From an uncultured virus (IMG/VR IMGVR_UViG_3300044612_002649) (taxonomy: Duplodnaviria > Heunggongvirae > Uroviricota > Caudoviricetes), in the IMG/VR virus record IMGVR_UViG_3300044612_002649: a stretch of DNA of 64,000 nt; one strand, 5' to 3'. Under the pieces are notes generated by a model. That model saw only the letters and a program-made list of their open reading frames with translations, ran no database searches and had not been told where the DNA came from. Shown here piece after piece: positions 22,050 to 32,880 of this stretch. Numbering within the stretch: the stretch's first letter is position 1; the number at the start of each line of letters is the position of its first letter. The position numbers and the translations under genes were made by a program.

Positions 22050-24062
22050 ATGGGATATCAAATTAGATTTACGGAAAACAACAATTCGAATAAAAGAGCA
22101 ATTACTGTTGATGATAAAACAATCAATACTGAAACAAGTTTGAATTTAGTTGGTAATAATTATCCGAATTATGCATCGTATATCGGTAGTGATTTATTGC
22201 ATATTTTAGAAAATTTTGCAAATCCAACCTCCCCTCCTAATCCAGTACAGGGACAATTGTGGTATGACAATGTAAACAATCAATTGATGGTAAATAGTGA
22301 CGCAACAGAAACTAATTGGATTTCGGCTGGCTCAGTTATTAAGTCAGCATCACAACCATCCACCGCACGAAGTGGTGATTTATGGGTGGATAATATTAGA
22401 CAGCAATTGTTTTTGTATACTGGAACTGCTTGGTTATTAGTTGGTCCACAGTATAGTCAAGATACGTTGACTGGGCAAGTCATTGAAACCATTTATGATA
22501 ATACTGATAATTTGCGTGGTATTATTTCTGTTTACTCAGAAAATAATAGAGTTGCTATTATAAGTTCTGAAACATTTACTCCAAAATTGGCTATCCCGGG
22601 ATTTTCTACAGTACATGCTGGATTTACCTTGATTAATACGGACTCAGACAATACTGCATTAACTGGACAAACTTTATCGACACATAGATATTATGGAACA
22701 TCAACTAATAGTGAACGTTTGGGTGGTGATTTAGCTTCTAGTTATGTGTTGGCTACATCAAATTTAGTATCTTTTATTGGGGCAGTAAAAGCTTCACAAA
22801 TTTCGGTTGGTAGTGATAGAAATTTATCAATTAGTGATGATCCATCATCACCTGATACCACCTATTTGATATCTACTAATACTAGCACTTCTAAAAAAAT
22901 AGAAGTGAAAATGAATTCTAATACTATTTTATCTCTCTCCCCGAATGGCAGAGTTGGAATAGGAACAAAAACTCCATCTACCGAATTAGATGTGAATGGA
23001 ACAACAACATCTAATAAATTGATAGTAGATGGTACAAATGATGTTGTATATACTGGTGCACAAACGGCAAGTACACAATTAAGTGGGGGGTTGTATCTAG
23101 CTAAAAGTTTATTATTAGGTGGAAATATTACTGTAAATTCTGGCACTATTACATTGGCTAATAGTTCTACTAATGTGGTAATTACACCTAAATTAACAAA
23201 TGTATATGATATAGGATCATCAGATGCTCGCTTTAGGAATATTTATTCACAATTTTATTATGGAAATCTTGAAGGTAATGTAATAGGAAATTTAGCCGGT
23301 AACGTATCTGGTGATGTGTCTGGTAATGCAGGATCATTAAGAACATCTGCCACCTTCAATTTGATAGGTGATTTAACTAGTAATAGTATAGTATATAATG
23401 GTACTCAAACTTCAATGGTATTTACCTCTATATTGAGTGATACATCAATTGCATCGAAACCAGAATTGGCTGCTATTCCTAATTCTAATATAATACCAAC
23501 TGCAAATACAGATAAAATTCTAGTATATAGATCGCAGGGTGAAGAATCAGCAACATTCACAGGTTATATCTCTGGAACTACATTACATGTAGTATCAGTT
23601 ACGTCTGGTGAAATAACAGTTGGTGCAACAATAAGTGGAACTGGTGTATTAACAGCGACAAAAATACTCAGTGGTTCTGGATCAGTATGGATTGTCAATA
23701 ATTTACAATTAACTGGTTCACTTCAAAGTCCAATATCAATCACTGCTAGATCAAAAATATTTAAAACAACAAAAGATACCTTATTGTCAGATGTTCCAAC
23801 TGTGAAACCTGGATCAATTATATTGCATTCATTACATCCAGTCGGTGATGTAAAATATCCTAATGGAATACCAGAGGGGTATTTATTATGTGATGGAACT
23901 GAATATTATCAATCACATTATCCAGATTTATTTGAAGCATTGGGTGCGGCATCTGCTGCTGGTGTTACAATTGATAAATTTGTTGTACCAAATATTGAGG
24001 CACCGCAATCATTTGGCAATATGATTGTATTAGCATACATTATTTACACAGGAAAAATATAA
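22050..24062 (+). CDS. Tail fibre protein with C-terminal collar domain
   Basis: GRVGIGT.TP...LDVNG repeat; collar motif PEGYLLCDG..Y....YPDLF.ALG. Confidence 0.8.
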   Translation: MGYQIRFTENNNSNKRAITVDDKTINTETSLNLVGNNYPNYASYIGSDLLHILENFANPTSPPNPVQGQLWYDNVNNQLMVNSDATETNWISAGSVIKSASQPSTARSGDLWVDNIRQQLFLYTGTAWLLVGPQYSQDTLTGQVIETIYDNTDNLRGIISVYSENNRVAIISSETFTPKLAIPGFSTVHAGFTLINTDSDNTALTGQTLSTHRYYGTSTNSERLGGDLASSYVLATSNLVSFIGAVKASQISVGSDRNLSISDDPSSPDTTYLISTNTSTSKKIEVKMNSNTILSLSPNGRVGIGTKTPSTELDVNGTTTSNKLIVDGTNDVVYTGAQTASTQLSGGLYLAKSLLLGGNITVNSGTITLANSSTNVVITPKLTNVYDIGSSDARFRNIYSQFYYGNLEGNVIGNLAGNVSGDVSGNAGSLRTSATFNLIGDLTSNSIVYNGTQTSMVFTSILSDTSIASKPELAAIPNSNIIPTANTDKILVYRSQGEESATFTGYISGTTLHVVSVTSGEITVGATISGTGVLTATKILSGSGSVWIVNNLQLTGSLQSPISITARSKIFKTTKDTLLSDVPTVKPGSIILHSLHPVGDVKYPNGIPEGYLLCDGTEYYQSHYPDLFEALGAASAAGVTIDKFVVPNIEAPQSFGNMIVLAYIIYTGKI

Positions 24063-25340
24063 ATGTCATATATTATAAGAACATATAATGGGACACAATT
24101 AGCAATTGTTGCAGATGGAACGGTTGATATTACTACTGATTTGTCATTAGTTGGCAGAAATTATTCTGGGTATGGTATTCCACAAAATGAAAATTTTTTA
24201 TATTTGTTAGAAAATTTTGCGAATATAACACCGCCATCTAAACCACTTGCTGGTCAATTATGGTTTGACAAAGATTCAAATAAATTGAAATTTTATGATA
24301 TCAATTCTGAATGGCGAACTGCAAACGGTGCCGATATTTCTTCAACTAGACCAAACTATTTAACGCCTGGTGATTTTTGGTTTGATGGAACAGAAAATGT
24401 ATTATATGTATATTCATTAACAGGTAGTACTAATAAAACTCCAGGATACATTAGAATTGGACCACTTGAATCATCTACCTCTGGTGATACATCTAAATTT
24501 GGATTGGTGAGCGTAAAAGATACCGACGGTGGTGATCACAATATTTTTGAAGCAATTTTAGAAGGTACTACAATTTTTACAGTGAGTAAGGATGCTGAAT
24601 TTACCTTAAGCTCAACCACTCCAATTGCTGGGTTTGAAACAATTAATACTGGTATTACCATGATTAGTGATAACAAATCTAAAGTTTGGGGTACTTCACT
24701 AACATCAGAAAACATGGCAGTGTTGGTTGATGAAACTTATATTAATTATCCACCAGCATTGAGTAAGGTGGCGGATACCGTTGCATTGCGCGATAGTACA
24801 GGCACCATTTTTGCAAATATTAATGGAATTTCGACGAAGGCTGATACTGTAAAAGTTGGTTCGGATTATTTTAGTGCAACGACGAGCATGTTATCAAGTG
24901 GTAATAAAACATCGATTGTTGCCAGAGATACTAATGGTGATTTTACGGCTAACTTAATAACTGCTACTGCAACTCAAGCTAGATATGCTGACTTGGCGGA
25001 AAAATATTTGTCGGATTCCGAATATGATGTGGGTACTGTTATGATGGTTGGTGGTGACAAAGAAGTAACTGCTAGTAAATTGGGTAGTAGAGCAATTGGT
25101 GTTATTTCTGAAAATCCGGCATATATGATGAATTCAGAATTAGTAGATGGAGTGTATATTGCATTGAAAGGCCGAGTGCCAGTAAAGGTAATAGGCCCTG
25201 TTGCTAAAGGAAGTCGGTTAATTGCTGGAGACGATGGGACTGCACGGGTTCCTGGAATATCATTTGATAATGTATTTGCAATTGCATTAGAGACGAGTAC
25301 CGATGATGGTATTAAAATAATTGAAGCGATAATTTTATAA
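24063..25340 (+). CDS. Tail fibre protein with C-terminal ADLAE-type (Peptidase_G2-like) intramolecular chaperone
   Basis: N-terminus paralogous to the previous gene (L.LVG.NY...ENFAN...GQLW.D); RYADLAEKY...IGVISENPAY.MN...ALKGRVPVKV. Confidence 0.75.
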   Translation: MSYIIRTYNGTQLAIVADGTVDITTDLSLVGRNYSGYGIPQNENFLYLLENFANITPPSKPLAGQLWFDKDSNKLKFYDINSEWRTANGADISSTRPNYLTPGDFWFDGTENVLYVYSLTGSTNKTPGYIRIGPLESSTSGDTSKFGLVSVKDTDGGDHNIFEAILEGTTIFTVSKDAEFTLSSTTPIAGFETINTGITMISDNKSKVWGTSLTSENMAVLVDETYINYPPALSKVADTVALRDSTGTIFANINGISTKADTVKVGSDYFSATTSMLSSGNKTSIVARDTNGDFTANLITATATQARYADLAEKYLSDSEYDVGTVMMVGGDKEVTASKLGSRAIGVISENPAYMMNSELVDGVYIALKGRVPVKVIGPVAKGSRLIAGDDGTARVPGISFDNVFAIALETSTDDGIKIIEAIIL

Positions 25341-25353
25341 GGAATAATGACAT

Positions 25354-27249
25354 ATGTCAGCAGGTGTGGGAAATTTAATTGAAGCTAGTGATTATACTAG
25401 TATAAAAGCAAAGGTTGATGCAGTATTTGGATCTGGTGCTAGTGATAGCGGGTATGGACAGTCAATCACATCTCCTGTGAAAGTCCAAGGTGATTTGATT
25501 TCTCATTCTGAATGGGTTAATTTACGCAATGATATGGCAAAGGTTCGTCAACATCAGATAGGTGGACTAATTGGGTCATCTACTGCATTAGATGGTGGGA
25601 ATTTAGTTATAGTAACCACCGGGGCATCAATTACTGAAGCTATCAGAAATCAATATAATAATTTTTCAAATGTAATTACCACTGATAGATTTGTAATCGA
25701 CATCAATAATAAATCAACGTCTTCTGGGACATCAGCAACGTATACATCTGAATGGAATGGTGAACTAATCCATACACTTGCCATGATTGGTGCATCATCT
25801 GGTGATGGTTCTGCGAATAATATCAGATATTTTTTTAATAGCGGCGGGGTGCTGAATTTTAGTGCGACTAGAACTGGTGCCGGGATTGTGATTGGAACAG
25901 GTTCTAATAATGAAAAATATACAGCATGGTCTACCCTGTTAAATGGATTAGGTACTATTAGTTTTGGATATACCGAAACTTCTACGACTGGTAGTGGTAC
26001 CGGGTCTTCAATCGGGTGGTATGATTTAACTACTTCTGATCAATTAATATACCAAATACTTGGTAATAATATACCTAGTTTATCTGGGACAGAATATTCT
26101 AGCAACGCATATCAAATTTATGCAAAACGTGATGTAAATAGTACAACCGTTATATTTAGTATTAAATTCTGTGATTTTGATGTAGTAGGGACGGACATTA
26201 ACGTCGGTGGAACATTAACTAGCGGATTAGTACAAGTGCATGCCACTGGTGGAAATGTTACAGTATTGCCGTTAAATGTAAGTGGTATAGGTGGAAATAA
26301 CACGTTTAGTGGTGGATCACCAAATCCTCAATACTTTATTTCACCATCGATCACTACAGTGTCACAGGGTGAGTTAATTACAGTTACTGTTACTACGCAG
26401 TATGTGAATGATTCTACAACGCTTTATTGGGCCAAAACACCAGGAAGTGTTGCCGGTGATGCTAGATTAACGACAGCAAGTGGATCGGTTATTGTGGATA
26501 ATAATACTGGATCATTTACTGTTACAATAGCCACGGATGAATTATCACACTCGAATGAAACATTTCAATTACAATTATATACTGATGCTGGGCACACAAT
26601 TTTAGCTGGTGTACCTAGTTCTATTATTACGATCCTTGGTACAAATAGTATAGTAACCGTGAATACCTATACACTTGGTTCTTCATATTTTATTGGCAGT
26701 AGTTCTTACTCAATATTCTCAGCAGGTGCTAACAAAATGCTATCAAAAGTGACTGTCACAGAAACCTTGACTAGTATTGGTACTGCAGATGATGGAACGC
26801 AATGGCAAAATGGATATTCTACATTTACAGGAACTTCTTCATCTATAGATTCTTCACCCAACAGCGGTAATATATCTATTGGAACAAGTATTGCAACATC
26901 GGCTGTTAGTAATGGGGTTACAATGACAGTTCCTGCCAACTATGTTATTACCGGAATCGCAGCAGCAGGATATTTATATGGTACAGGTAATCAAGCTGTT
27001 ACGCTCACTTCTTATATACTAATAGCGCCATTATTAGATTCGACCGGAAATATTATACCAGAGGATAAAATAGTGCATAGTGGTGCAACAACTGATACCT
27101 TGGTGACATCATGGAATACTTCAGATACTACTGGACCAATTCCTGAAGGAACTGTTATTAGATCAGTAACATTATCTGCAGCAGCAGGAGCTCATTACAT
27201 GACATGCTACGCGACAGTTGTTTACGAAACAATTAAAATACGACAATAA
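25354..27249 (+). CDS. Tail fibre / receptor-binding structural protein
   Basis: G/S/T-rich; RYFFNSGG motif; Calx-beta/Ig-like segment (ETFQLQL). Confidence 0.6.
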   Translation: MSAGVGNLIEASDYTSIKAKVDAVFGSGASDSGYGQSITSPVKVQGDLISHSEWVNLRNDMAKVRQHQIGGLIGSSTALDGGNLVIVTTGASITEAIRNQYNNFSNVITTDRFVIDINNKSTSSGTSATYTSEWNGELIHTLAMIGASSGDGSANNIRYFFNSGGVLNFSATRTGAGIVIGTGSNNEKYTAWSTLLNGLGTISFGYTETSTTGSGTGSSIGWYDLTTSDQLIYQILGNNIPSLSGTEYSSNAYQIYAKRDVNSTTVIFSIKFCDFDVVGTDINVGGTLTSGLVQVHATGGNVTVLPLNVSGIGGNNTFSGGSPNPQYFISPSITTVSQGELITVTVTTQYVNDSTTLYWAKTPGSVAGDARLTTASGSVIVDNNTGSFTVTIATDELSHSNETFQLQLYTDAGHTILAGVPSSIITILGTNSIVTVNTYTLGSSYFIGSSSYSIFSAGANKMLSKVTVTETLTSIGTADDGTQWQNGYSTFTGTSSSIDSSPNSGNISIGTSIATSAVSNGVTMTVPANYVITGIAAAGYLYGTGNQAVTLTSYILIAPLLDSTGNIIPEDKIVHSGATTDTLVTSWNTSDTTGPIPEGTVIRSVTLSAAAGAHYMTCYATVVYETIKIRQ

Positions 27250-27260
27250 AAGGATATTTT

Positions 27261-27572
27261 ATGACATTAGACCAATTACAATATATAATAGAAAGAAAAT
27301 ATAATAACATCATATTTGGATCGGATGTTATTATAGCATGTACGTTATCCAGATCAGAAGATGGTCGAAGATTGATTAATAATCAAGATGCTTTTATAGT
27401 TGAGTGGAATATAAATTATATCGAAAAACCATCAGAAAAAGAGCTCGACGTATTGTGGTGCAAATTGTCAGAACAATATCACTCAGATCCAGCAAGAGTT
27501 GATTCTGATATGTTCAAACACATTAATAATATAGATAGTAAAGTTTTGGATGTCACAGTTAATGATATATGA
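27261..27572 (+). CDS. XkdW-like tail fibre accessory protein
   Basis: FIVEWN...KPSEKEL motif; follows tail fibre; AAGGA SD. Confidence 0.5.
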   Translation: MTLDQLQYIIERKYNNIIFGSDVIIACTLSRSEDGRRLINNQDAFIVEWNINYIEKPSEKELDVLWCKLSEQYHSDPARVDSDMFKHINNIDSKVLDVTVNDI

Positions 27573-28180
27573 TTACTAAAATTATATTACCAACTATAAT
27601 TGAGAATTCTCTAACCGAATACGCTAATAATGTACTATCAAATCCGTTATTATACATTGATAACATTCGTAGTAAAAAACATAATGGCCGAATGATAGAT
27701 CAATACTCATATAAAAACCCAGGGGTAGCGGACCAATTTATATTAAATAAAGATTTGAAATCAATTCAGTGGAATAATGAAACATTAGAAACCTGTTTTC
27801 ATTCAAAATTAGAATATATATCATTACCACCGATTAACGTGGCAATTCCATTGATGAAATTTTTAGAAGAAACAGTTGGGAAAAAAATAAAGGAACCATC
27901 TGGAAACTTTTTGTACCAAGTTGGTGGTTATATGGGATGGCATACGAACAGTAATTCTCCTGGGATACGGGCATATGTCGCATATTGTTCCCATGATTCT
28001 GGATCATATTTTAAATATGTAGACATGTCGTCTGGCTCACCTAAAATTATAACAGATTGGGATACTTTTGGATGGAATGTCAGAATTTTCGATATATCCG
28101 ATGACTGCGATAATTATTTATGGCATTGTGTGGATTCACCTAATGCCATAAGAATAAGTTTTGGTTATAAATTTAAATAG
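27569..28180 (+). CDS. 2OG-Fe(II) oxygenase-like / cupin protein
   Basis: GGYMGWHTN...WHCV....RISFG (HxN...H...RxS). Confidence 0.6.
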   Translation: MITKIILPTIIENSLTEYANNVLSNPLLYIDNIRSKKHNGRMIDQYSYKNPGVADQFILNKDLKSIQWNNETLETCFHSKLEYISLPPINVAIPLMKFLEETVGKKIKEPSGNFLYQVGGYMGWHTNSNSPGIRAYVAYCSHDSGSYFKYVDMSSGSPKIITDWDTFGWNVRIFDISDDCDNYLWHCVDSPNAIRISFGYKFK

Positions 28181-28206
28181 AAAATGCCGGGAATTCCCGG
28201 CATTTT
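28181..28206. terminator. Bidirectional terminator at the convergence of the two main transcription blocks
   Basis: Perfect 26-bp palindrome aaaatgccgggaattcccggcatttt. Confidence 0.85.
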
Positions 28207-28207
28207 A

Positions 28208-29002
28208 TTAAGTTCTCTTAAATAAGTTAATAAAAGATTTGAGTAATGATCCAGAAGTTTCTTTCGGTTCATTACTTTCTAGTCTTATTTCAGATTGTGG
28301 TGGGATCGGAGGCTCTGGTGCTTTATAAACATATGAATCGGCCATTGGGAATATTTTAGTAATGGCTTTAGCACATTCTAATGCCAATTCTCGATGTTCC
28401 TTTTGTGTAGATTCTTCTGTACGAACTTCAATAAAATGCACCCAACTACGAATGGTTCCATTGACATATAATCTACTTTCTGTTAATCCTTCTGGTAATA
28501 CTGCCCTTGCTTGTTCTTTAGCAATTCCGTTAGCGATTGCCCATTTGTAAGCGCATGTTGCCAAATCAATTACCTGTAATTGATAACTCTGCCAGGTATC
28601 ATCCATACTTTTATATTGAGCATCGGTAAGATCGACTTGTAATGAATTCTGACGATTTTTTAAATCTTGCAATCTTGTTTCACGAGTTACAAAATTTAAA
28701 TCTTTAGTTGGGTCCGCATATCTTTGACTGAATTCTTGGAAACTGAAACTTCTATGACGCAATAATTGACGAGCAATATCCCTTGTCGTTTCAACTTCAA
28801 TACAAGCACTTACCATTTCTAATGGACTAAAGTGCTTATGTTTGATTAGATACTTGATTAATTTATCACTCGTGTCTGTGTTATATTGATTTGAAGGATT
28901 TGATACCCTAGCGCAAAATGCAATCAATTCCTGTGCATCTTGGATACCATTATTAGCAAATTCCTCTGTTGGTTGAGAGTATGATACTAACTTAACTGTC
29001 AT
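28208..29002 (-). CDS. thyX: FAD-dependent thymidylate synthase
   Basis: H.SPLE and RQLLRHRSFSFQEFSQRY ThyX motif. Confidence 0.95.
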   Translation of the reverse strand: MTVKLVSYSQPTEEFANNGIQDAQELIAFCARVSNPSNQYNTDTSDKLIKYLIKHKHFSPLEMVSACIEVETTRDIARQLLRHRSFSFQEFSQRYADPTKDLNFVTRETRLQDLKNRQNSLQVDLTDAQYKSMDDTWQSYQLQVIDLATCAYKWAIANGIAKEQARAVLPEGLTESRLYVNGTIRSWVHFIEVRTEESTQKEHRELALECAKAITKIFPMADSYVYKAPEPPIPPQSEIRLESNEPKETSGSLLKSFINLFKRT

Positions 29003-29319
29003 AAATTTATTTTCCTTAACATTTTTTTAATTGATTTTTCGACATCTTTTCTAACGCGAGAAGTGTCAATTTTAACATCAATATGATCAATATGATCCTC
29101 GTATGCATCTAAAATTTCAAATAACCCATCTTTGAATTCATTCAGCTTTTTACGAGGGCTTTTTGGAGCAATACCAATTTCCCACGATTTTCCATCTTTG
29201 AAGTTTATTAAGACTTTTTGAACGTAATCAACTGGTAACACATTAAGTGTTACCTCGTTGAATACTTTGTCCCAGTCATCTATTTCCTCAAGTGGGGTAG
29301 ATTTCTGAAAATGCATCAT
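28999..29319 (-). CDS. Hypothetical protein
   Basis: ORF overlapping both neighbours by 4 nt. Confidence 0.7.
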   Translation of the reverse strand: MMHFQKSTPLEEIDDWDKVFNEVTLNVLPVDYVQKVLINFKDGKSWEIGIAPKSPRKKLNEFKDGLFEILDAYEDHIDHIDVKIDTSRVRKDVEKSIKKMLRKINL

Positions 29320-29942
29320 ACCGCAGTTTTTTGTTTTCTAGGTTTTTTAACAATAGGCACCAGTTCTTCGGCCATTCGTCTAAAATTTGCAGCTTCCTTC
29401 GCTAATCTATCGGCTTCTGAACGATATTTTTTAGCTTGTTGTTCTGGGGTCAACTGTTCAACTGGTGATTCCACCGCTGGCTCAACATTGACTGATGCTG
29501 AAGTTGTTTTAGATGGGTCATCTACTGGTTGAGTTGTTTCAGGTTTTTTATCACCGGATTTCAATGCCAACTCATCTAGTGAAATTCCACGTTGATCAGC
29601 GATGATTTGATTCAATTCAGATAATAAGATGGAATATGCTGGTCGTGGGAGCATTTCAATCTTATCAGTGCCAACTTTTATAAGTTTTCCTCGTGCATGC
29701 AATGCTGATAACATAATGCTACCATCTGAAAAATTAGTTCTAGCTAATGATTCTGCAAATTCATATGATGATTGTCCTGAAGGACTTTCAACTAAATTAA
29801 TTAATGCATCATGATATTCATCAGGTAGGCTTTCAGTTGGTATGATTAGGCAGCTATATGCATCACCAGGAATTGTTCTATATGCGACTATGCATTTCTT
29901 GCCGGTTGATTTGATTCTTCCGATGTGTTTTAAATTACTCAT
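29316..29942 (-). CDS. Hypothetical phage protein
   Basis: 208-aa ORF in operon, coiled-coil C-terminus. Confidence 0.75.
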   Translation of the reverse strand: MSNLKHIGRIKSTGKKCIVAYRTIPGDAYSCLIIPTESLPDEYHDALINLVESPSGQSSYEFAESLARTNFSDGSIMLSALHARGKLIKVGTDKIEMLPRPAYSILLSELNQIIADQRGISLDELALKSGDKKPETTQPVDDPSKTTSASVNVEPAVESPVEQLTPEQQAKKYRSEADRLAKEAANFRRMAEELVPIVKKPRKQKTAV

Positions 29943-30167
29943 TTACACACCTTCAGGATTGTTAGCTGTAGCTTGTTTTGACACTTGCTCTAAAAATGCA
30001 GCCAATTTGTTGTAAACGTTCCCAACAGCTGCCATTTCTTCTGCTTTGTACGCACCGCGAGTGGCAGCTAAATCGACTGCTGCTTTAAGAGTTGCTAGGT
30101 CGTTGATGTTCAACTCAGCAGTAGGCTGAGTTGAAGTTTCGGTTGTGTTTTCACTTTGTTCTGTCAT
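29943..30167 (-). CDS. Hypothetical protein
   Basis: AAGGA SD; GTAAATA late-like motif at 30188-30194. Confidence 0.75.
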   Translation of the reverse strand: MTEQSENTTETSTQPTAELNINDLATLKAAVDLAATRGAYKAEEMAAVGNVYNKLAAFLEQVSKQATANNPEGV

Positions 30168-30194
30168 GTTATTTCCTTATAACGTGTTATTTAC

Positions 30195-30479
30195 TTATGC
30201 ATGTACAAATGGACATGCAATCAAGAAAAAGCTCATCTCTTTCTCTTCTTCGAATCCAATTTGTGTATTATACACGAATGAATTCTTGTTGTCAAGCATT
30301 ATTCCTTGCCCGACGTAATATCTATTATTTAAATTCAATTCAATCCACTCACTAATATTTTTTACAGTTTTTGGATTATACGAAGATAGTGAGAAGTATT
30401 TGAAATGCGGGGGCGCATATTCAACCCTCCGCATTTTGAAATAATTCAAGGGATTTGGCTTGCCGTTTTTCAACGCCAT
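30195..30479 (-). CDS. Hypothetical protein
   Basis: ORF abutting the VWA gene stop. Confidence 0.7.
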   Translation of the reverse strand: MALKNGKPNPLNYFKMRRVEYAPPHFKYFSLSSYNPKTVKNISEWIELNLNNRYYVGQGIMLDNKNSFVYNTQIGFEEEKEMSFFLIACPFVHA

Positions 30480-31672
30480 TAGTCAGTGCCCTTTACATCA
30501 TCATAGTAAGCATATTCGCCGAACGGTGGAACAATTGAAGTAGTTCCGTGACCAATGAAGACGGTGTCACAATAATCTGCATCACCCCATGATCCACATG
30601 GATACATGTCTGTAAACATAATGAATTTTTTAGGAACAATATCTCTATCTTTCATATATTCCCAATTTACTTCGAAATCGGTGCCACCGCCACCCATTGG
30701 CTGATAATGGTCGAATTCATCCATTGTATATCCGTCAAAGTCGGCTTCATTATAGATGCTTGTATCAAAACACCATAATTTAATTTTGAAATCTTGATAT
30801 TCTTGCATAATACCTTTGATTTCGCTTAAAAAATCTTTGGCTTGATCATTACTAATTGAACCTGACATATCAATACTTACACAAATATCAATAGTATCTT
30901 TCAAATTTGAACCTGGTAAAATAGCAGACAAATGCCAGCTTTTTCTACTTGGACGCATCCAAGAATAATCTTCTTTGATTACACTTTGAATTTGTTGACG
31001 CAAAATTTGACGCCAGTTCATTTTCGGTTCAGTTAATTCTTGAATCAACCGTTGTACACTTGCTGGGATATTTCCAGCGCCGGATGCTTGTGCTGCCGCC
31101 ATTACTGCTTCACGAACTTCATCACGAATGCCACGCAGTTCATCTTTTGTGTAAACTGGTCTATCAGGATTATTTGGATCTTCTTGTTCCCAGTCGATGT
31201 GTTGGTCGAGTAATTCACCCAATTTATCCAACATTTCGTCATTATGATCTTTTAAGAGATCATAAATTTCTTCAGCTCCCATACCGTAGTATTTTTGGTC
31301 GTGTAGAATATTGATTCCTGGAATTTGCCAATCACCAATTTTATCACGAACAATTTGACCATTAACACAATAGTCAGCAGCCCAATTGAACAATTTTGGA
31401 TGGCGACCTTCACGACGACTCATATGGTCGAATACGTTGTGCATGATTTCATGCGCCAACACGAATTCAATTTGGGGAACTGTCAATGGTTCAAAAAAAT
31501 CTTTATTGAAAAAAATGTGTTTGCCTTCGGTTGATGCTGTTTTACACCATTCACCACCTTCTTTAATAATCAGGCGTGTTGCTAGATTTCCAAAAAATGG
31601 ATGACGTAATAACAAACCAACCCTAGCAATGATGATATTGTCTTTAATCTTATCTAATACTGGATCTGACAT
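30479..31672 (-). CDS. HExxH metallopeptidase-like + VWA domain protein (DUF2201-type)
   Basis: AHEIMH, MIDAS DMSGS, GGGGTDF, FTD; start revised to ATG 31672 (MSDPVL, AGGA SD). Confidence 0.85.
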   Translation of the reverse strand: MSDPVLDKIKDNIIIARVGLLLRHPFFGNLATRLIIKEGGEWCKTASTEGKHIFFNKDFFEPLTVPQIEFVLAHEIMHNVFDHMSRREGRHPKLFNWAADYCVNGQIVRDKIGDWQIPGINILHDQKYYGMGAEEIYDLLKDHNDEMLDKLGELLDQHIDWEQEDPNNPDRPVYTKDELRGIRDEVREAVMAAAQASGAGNIPASVQRLIQELTEPKMNWRQILRQQIQSVIKEDYSWMRPSRKSWHLSAILPGSNLKDTIDICVSIDMSGSISNDQAKDFLSEIKGIMQEYQDFKIKLWCFDTSIYNEADFDGYTMDEFDHYQPMGGGGTDFEVNWEYMKDRDIVPKKFIMFTDMYPCGSWGDADYCDTVFIGHGTTSIVPPFGEYAYYDDVKGTD

Positions 31673-31725
31673 TTGTATTCCTAGTAATTTGAAAAGGACT
31701 ATTAATCCCTGGATGTTAAACTTAA

Positions 31726-31752
31726 GGTTGGGGGCTGAAACAACCCCCAACC
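31726..31752 (-). terminator. GC-rich hairpin between the AAA and VWA genes
   Basis: ggttggggg...cccccaacc. Confidence 0.6.
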
Positions 31753-31759
31753 CTATATG

Positions 31760-32845
31760 TTACTGCTCAGTTGCGCTTGAAATGTATTTTCCATATTTTT
31801 TATGGAAATCCAAGAAGCATTTGATTTCATCGATGTCAAATGGCAATTTGTAAGACGACAGCGCGATTTTGGTACCCATGATAACCAACTCAGTTTCAAA
31901 GTTGTCCATCATAAACTCGAAGAAGCAGTTAGCTTGGTCGTTCCAATCTTTATCTTTGCGGTCAGCACCATCTTTCAATTCGTAGCACAACCCAACGGTA
32001 AGAGCGTACATCGCTGAAATTTCTTTATAGTCAAGTTTTTTGACTTTACCTTTCAGTACATCAGTTGGGTTTGGCATTTTACCAGCCAATTTTTGGTATG
32101 CACCGAACTTAATCGCGGTACCTTCGCCAACTGAACCAGCCATCAAGTTCATCAAGGTTTCGTCATCGCAGTCGTTTTCTGTCAACAATTCGCTAACGAA
32201 TGACCAAGAACGAGGTGTCGCAAATGCACGTGAGCTTGATTTAGGATCAAAGTTGTTCAAATCACCTTTTGACCAGTTCAAGAAACCCACGATATCTTTG
32301 TCGATTTTATTTTCGGTTGCCCAATCAAACCAATCATCAAATGAGTGGGTCATTTCCAAATGGATAAAACGATTTGCTAATGGTGCTGGCATGCGATAGG
32401 TAACACCTTTATCACCTTCGCGGTTACCTGCCGCAACGATTACTACATTGTCAGGTAATGAATAGGTACCAACTTTACGGTTCAATACCAACTGATATGC
32501 CGCAGATTGCACTGATGGAGCAGCTGAGTTCATTTCATCCAAAAATAAGATGATACGGTCGTACTGTTCAGCCATTTTCATGCCAGGTAATTCAGATGGT
32601 GGAGCCCATTTCATAGTACCTTCTTTATCGTCGAAATATGGTACACCTTTAATGTCAGTTGGATCCCATAATGATAAACGCACGTCAATGACTAAATCAT
32701 TAGCACCGTCATCACCGATTTGTTTGATCAAATCAGATTTACCAATACCTGGTTGCCCCCAAATAAAAATTGGTCTTTTAACTTTTAAGGCTTTGATGAT
32801 TGCTTTTTTTGCTGATTTTGGGCCTACTGCGCGAGATTCACTCAT
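31760..32845 (-). CDS. MoxR-like AAA+ ATPase
   Basis: Walker A GQPGIGKS, Walker B LFLDE, AAGN, LANRF, TPRSW. Confidence 0.9.
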   Translation of the reverse strand: MSESRAVGPKSAKKAIIKALKVKRPIFIWGQPGIGKSDLIKQIGDDGANDLVIDVRLSLWDPTDIKGVPYFDDKEGTMKWAPPSELPGMKMAEQYDRIILFLDEMNSAAPSVQSAAYQLVLNRKVGTYSLPDNVVIVAAGNREGDKGVTYRMPAPLANRFIHLEMTHSFDDWFDWATENKIDKDIVGFLNWSKGDLNNFDPKSSSRAFATPRSWSFVSELLTENDCDDETLMNLMAGSVGEGTAIKFGAYQKLAGKMPNPTDVLKGKVKKLDYKEISAMYALTVGLCYELKDGADRKDKDWNDQANCFFEFMMDNFETELVIMGTKIALSSYKLPFDIDEIKCFLDFHKKYGKYISSATEQ

Positions 32846-32880
32846 GTTTGTTTCCTATTGTGTGTTTAAAGAAAGAATAA

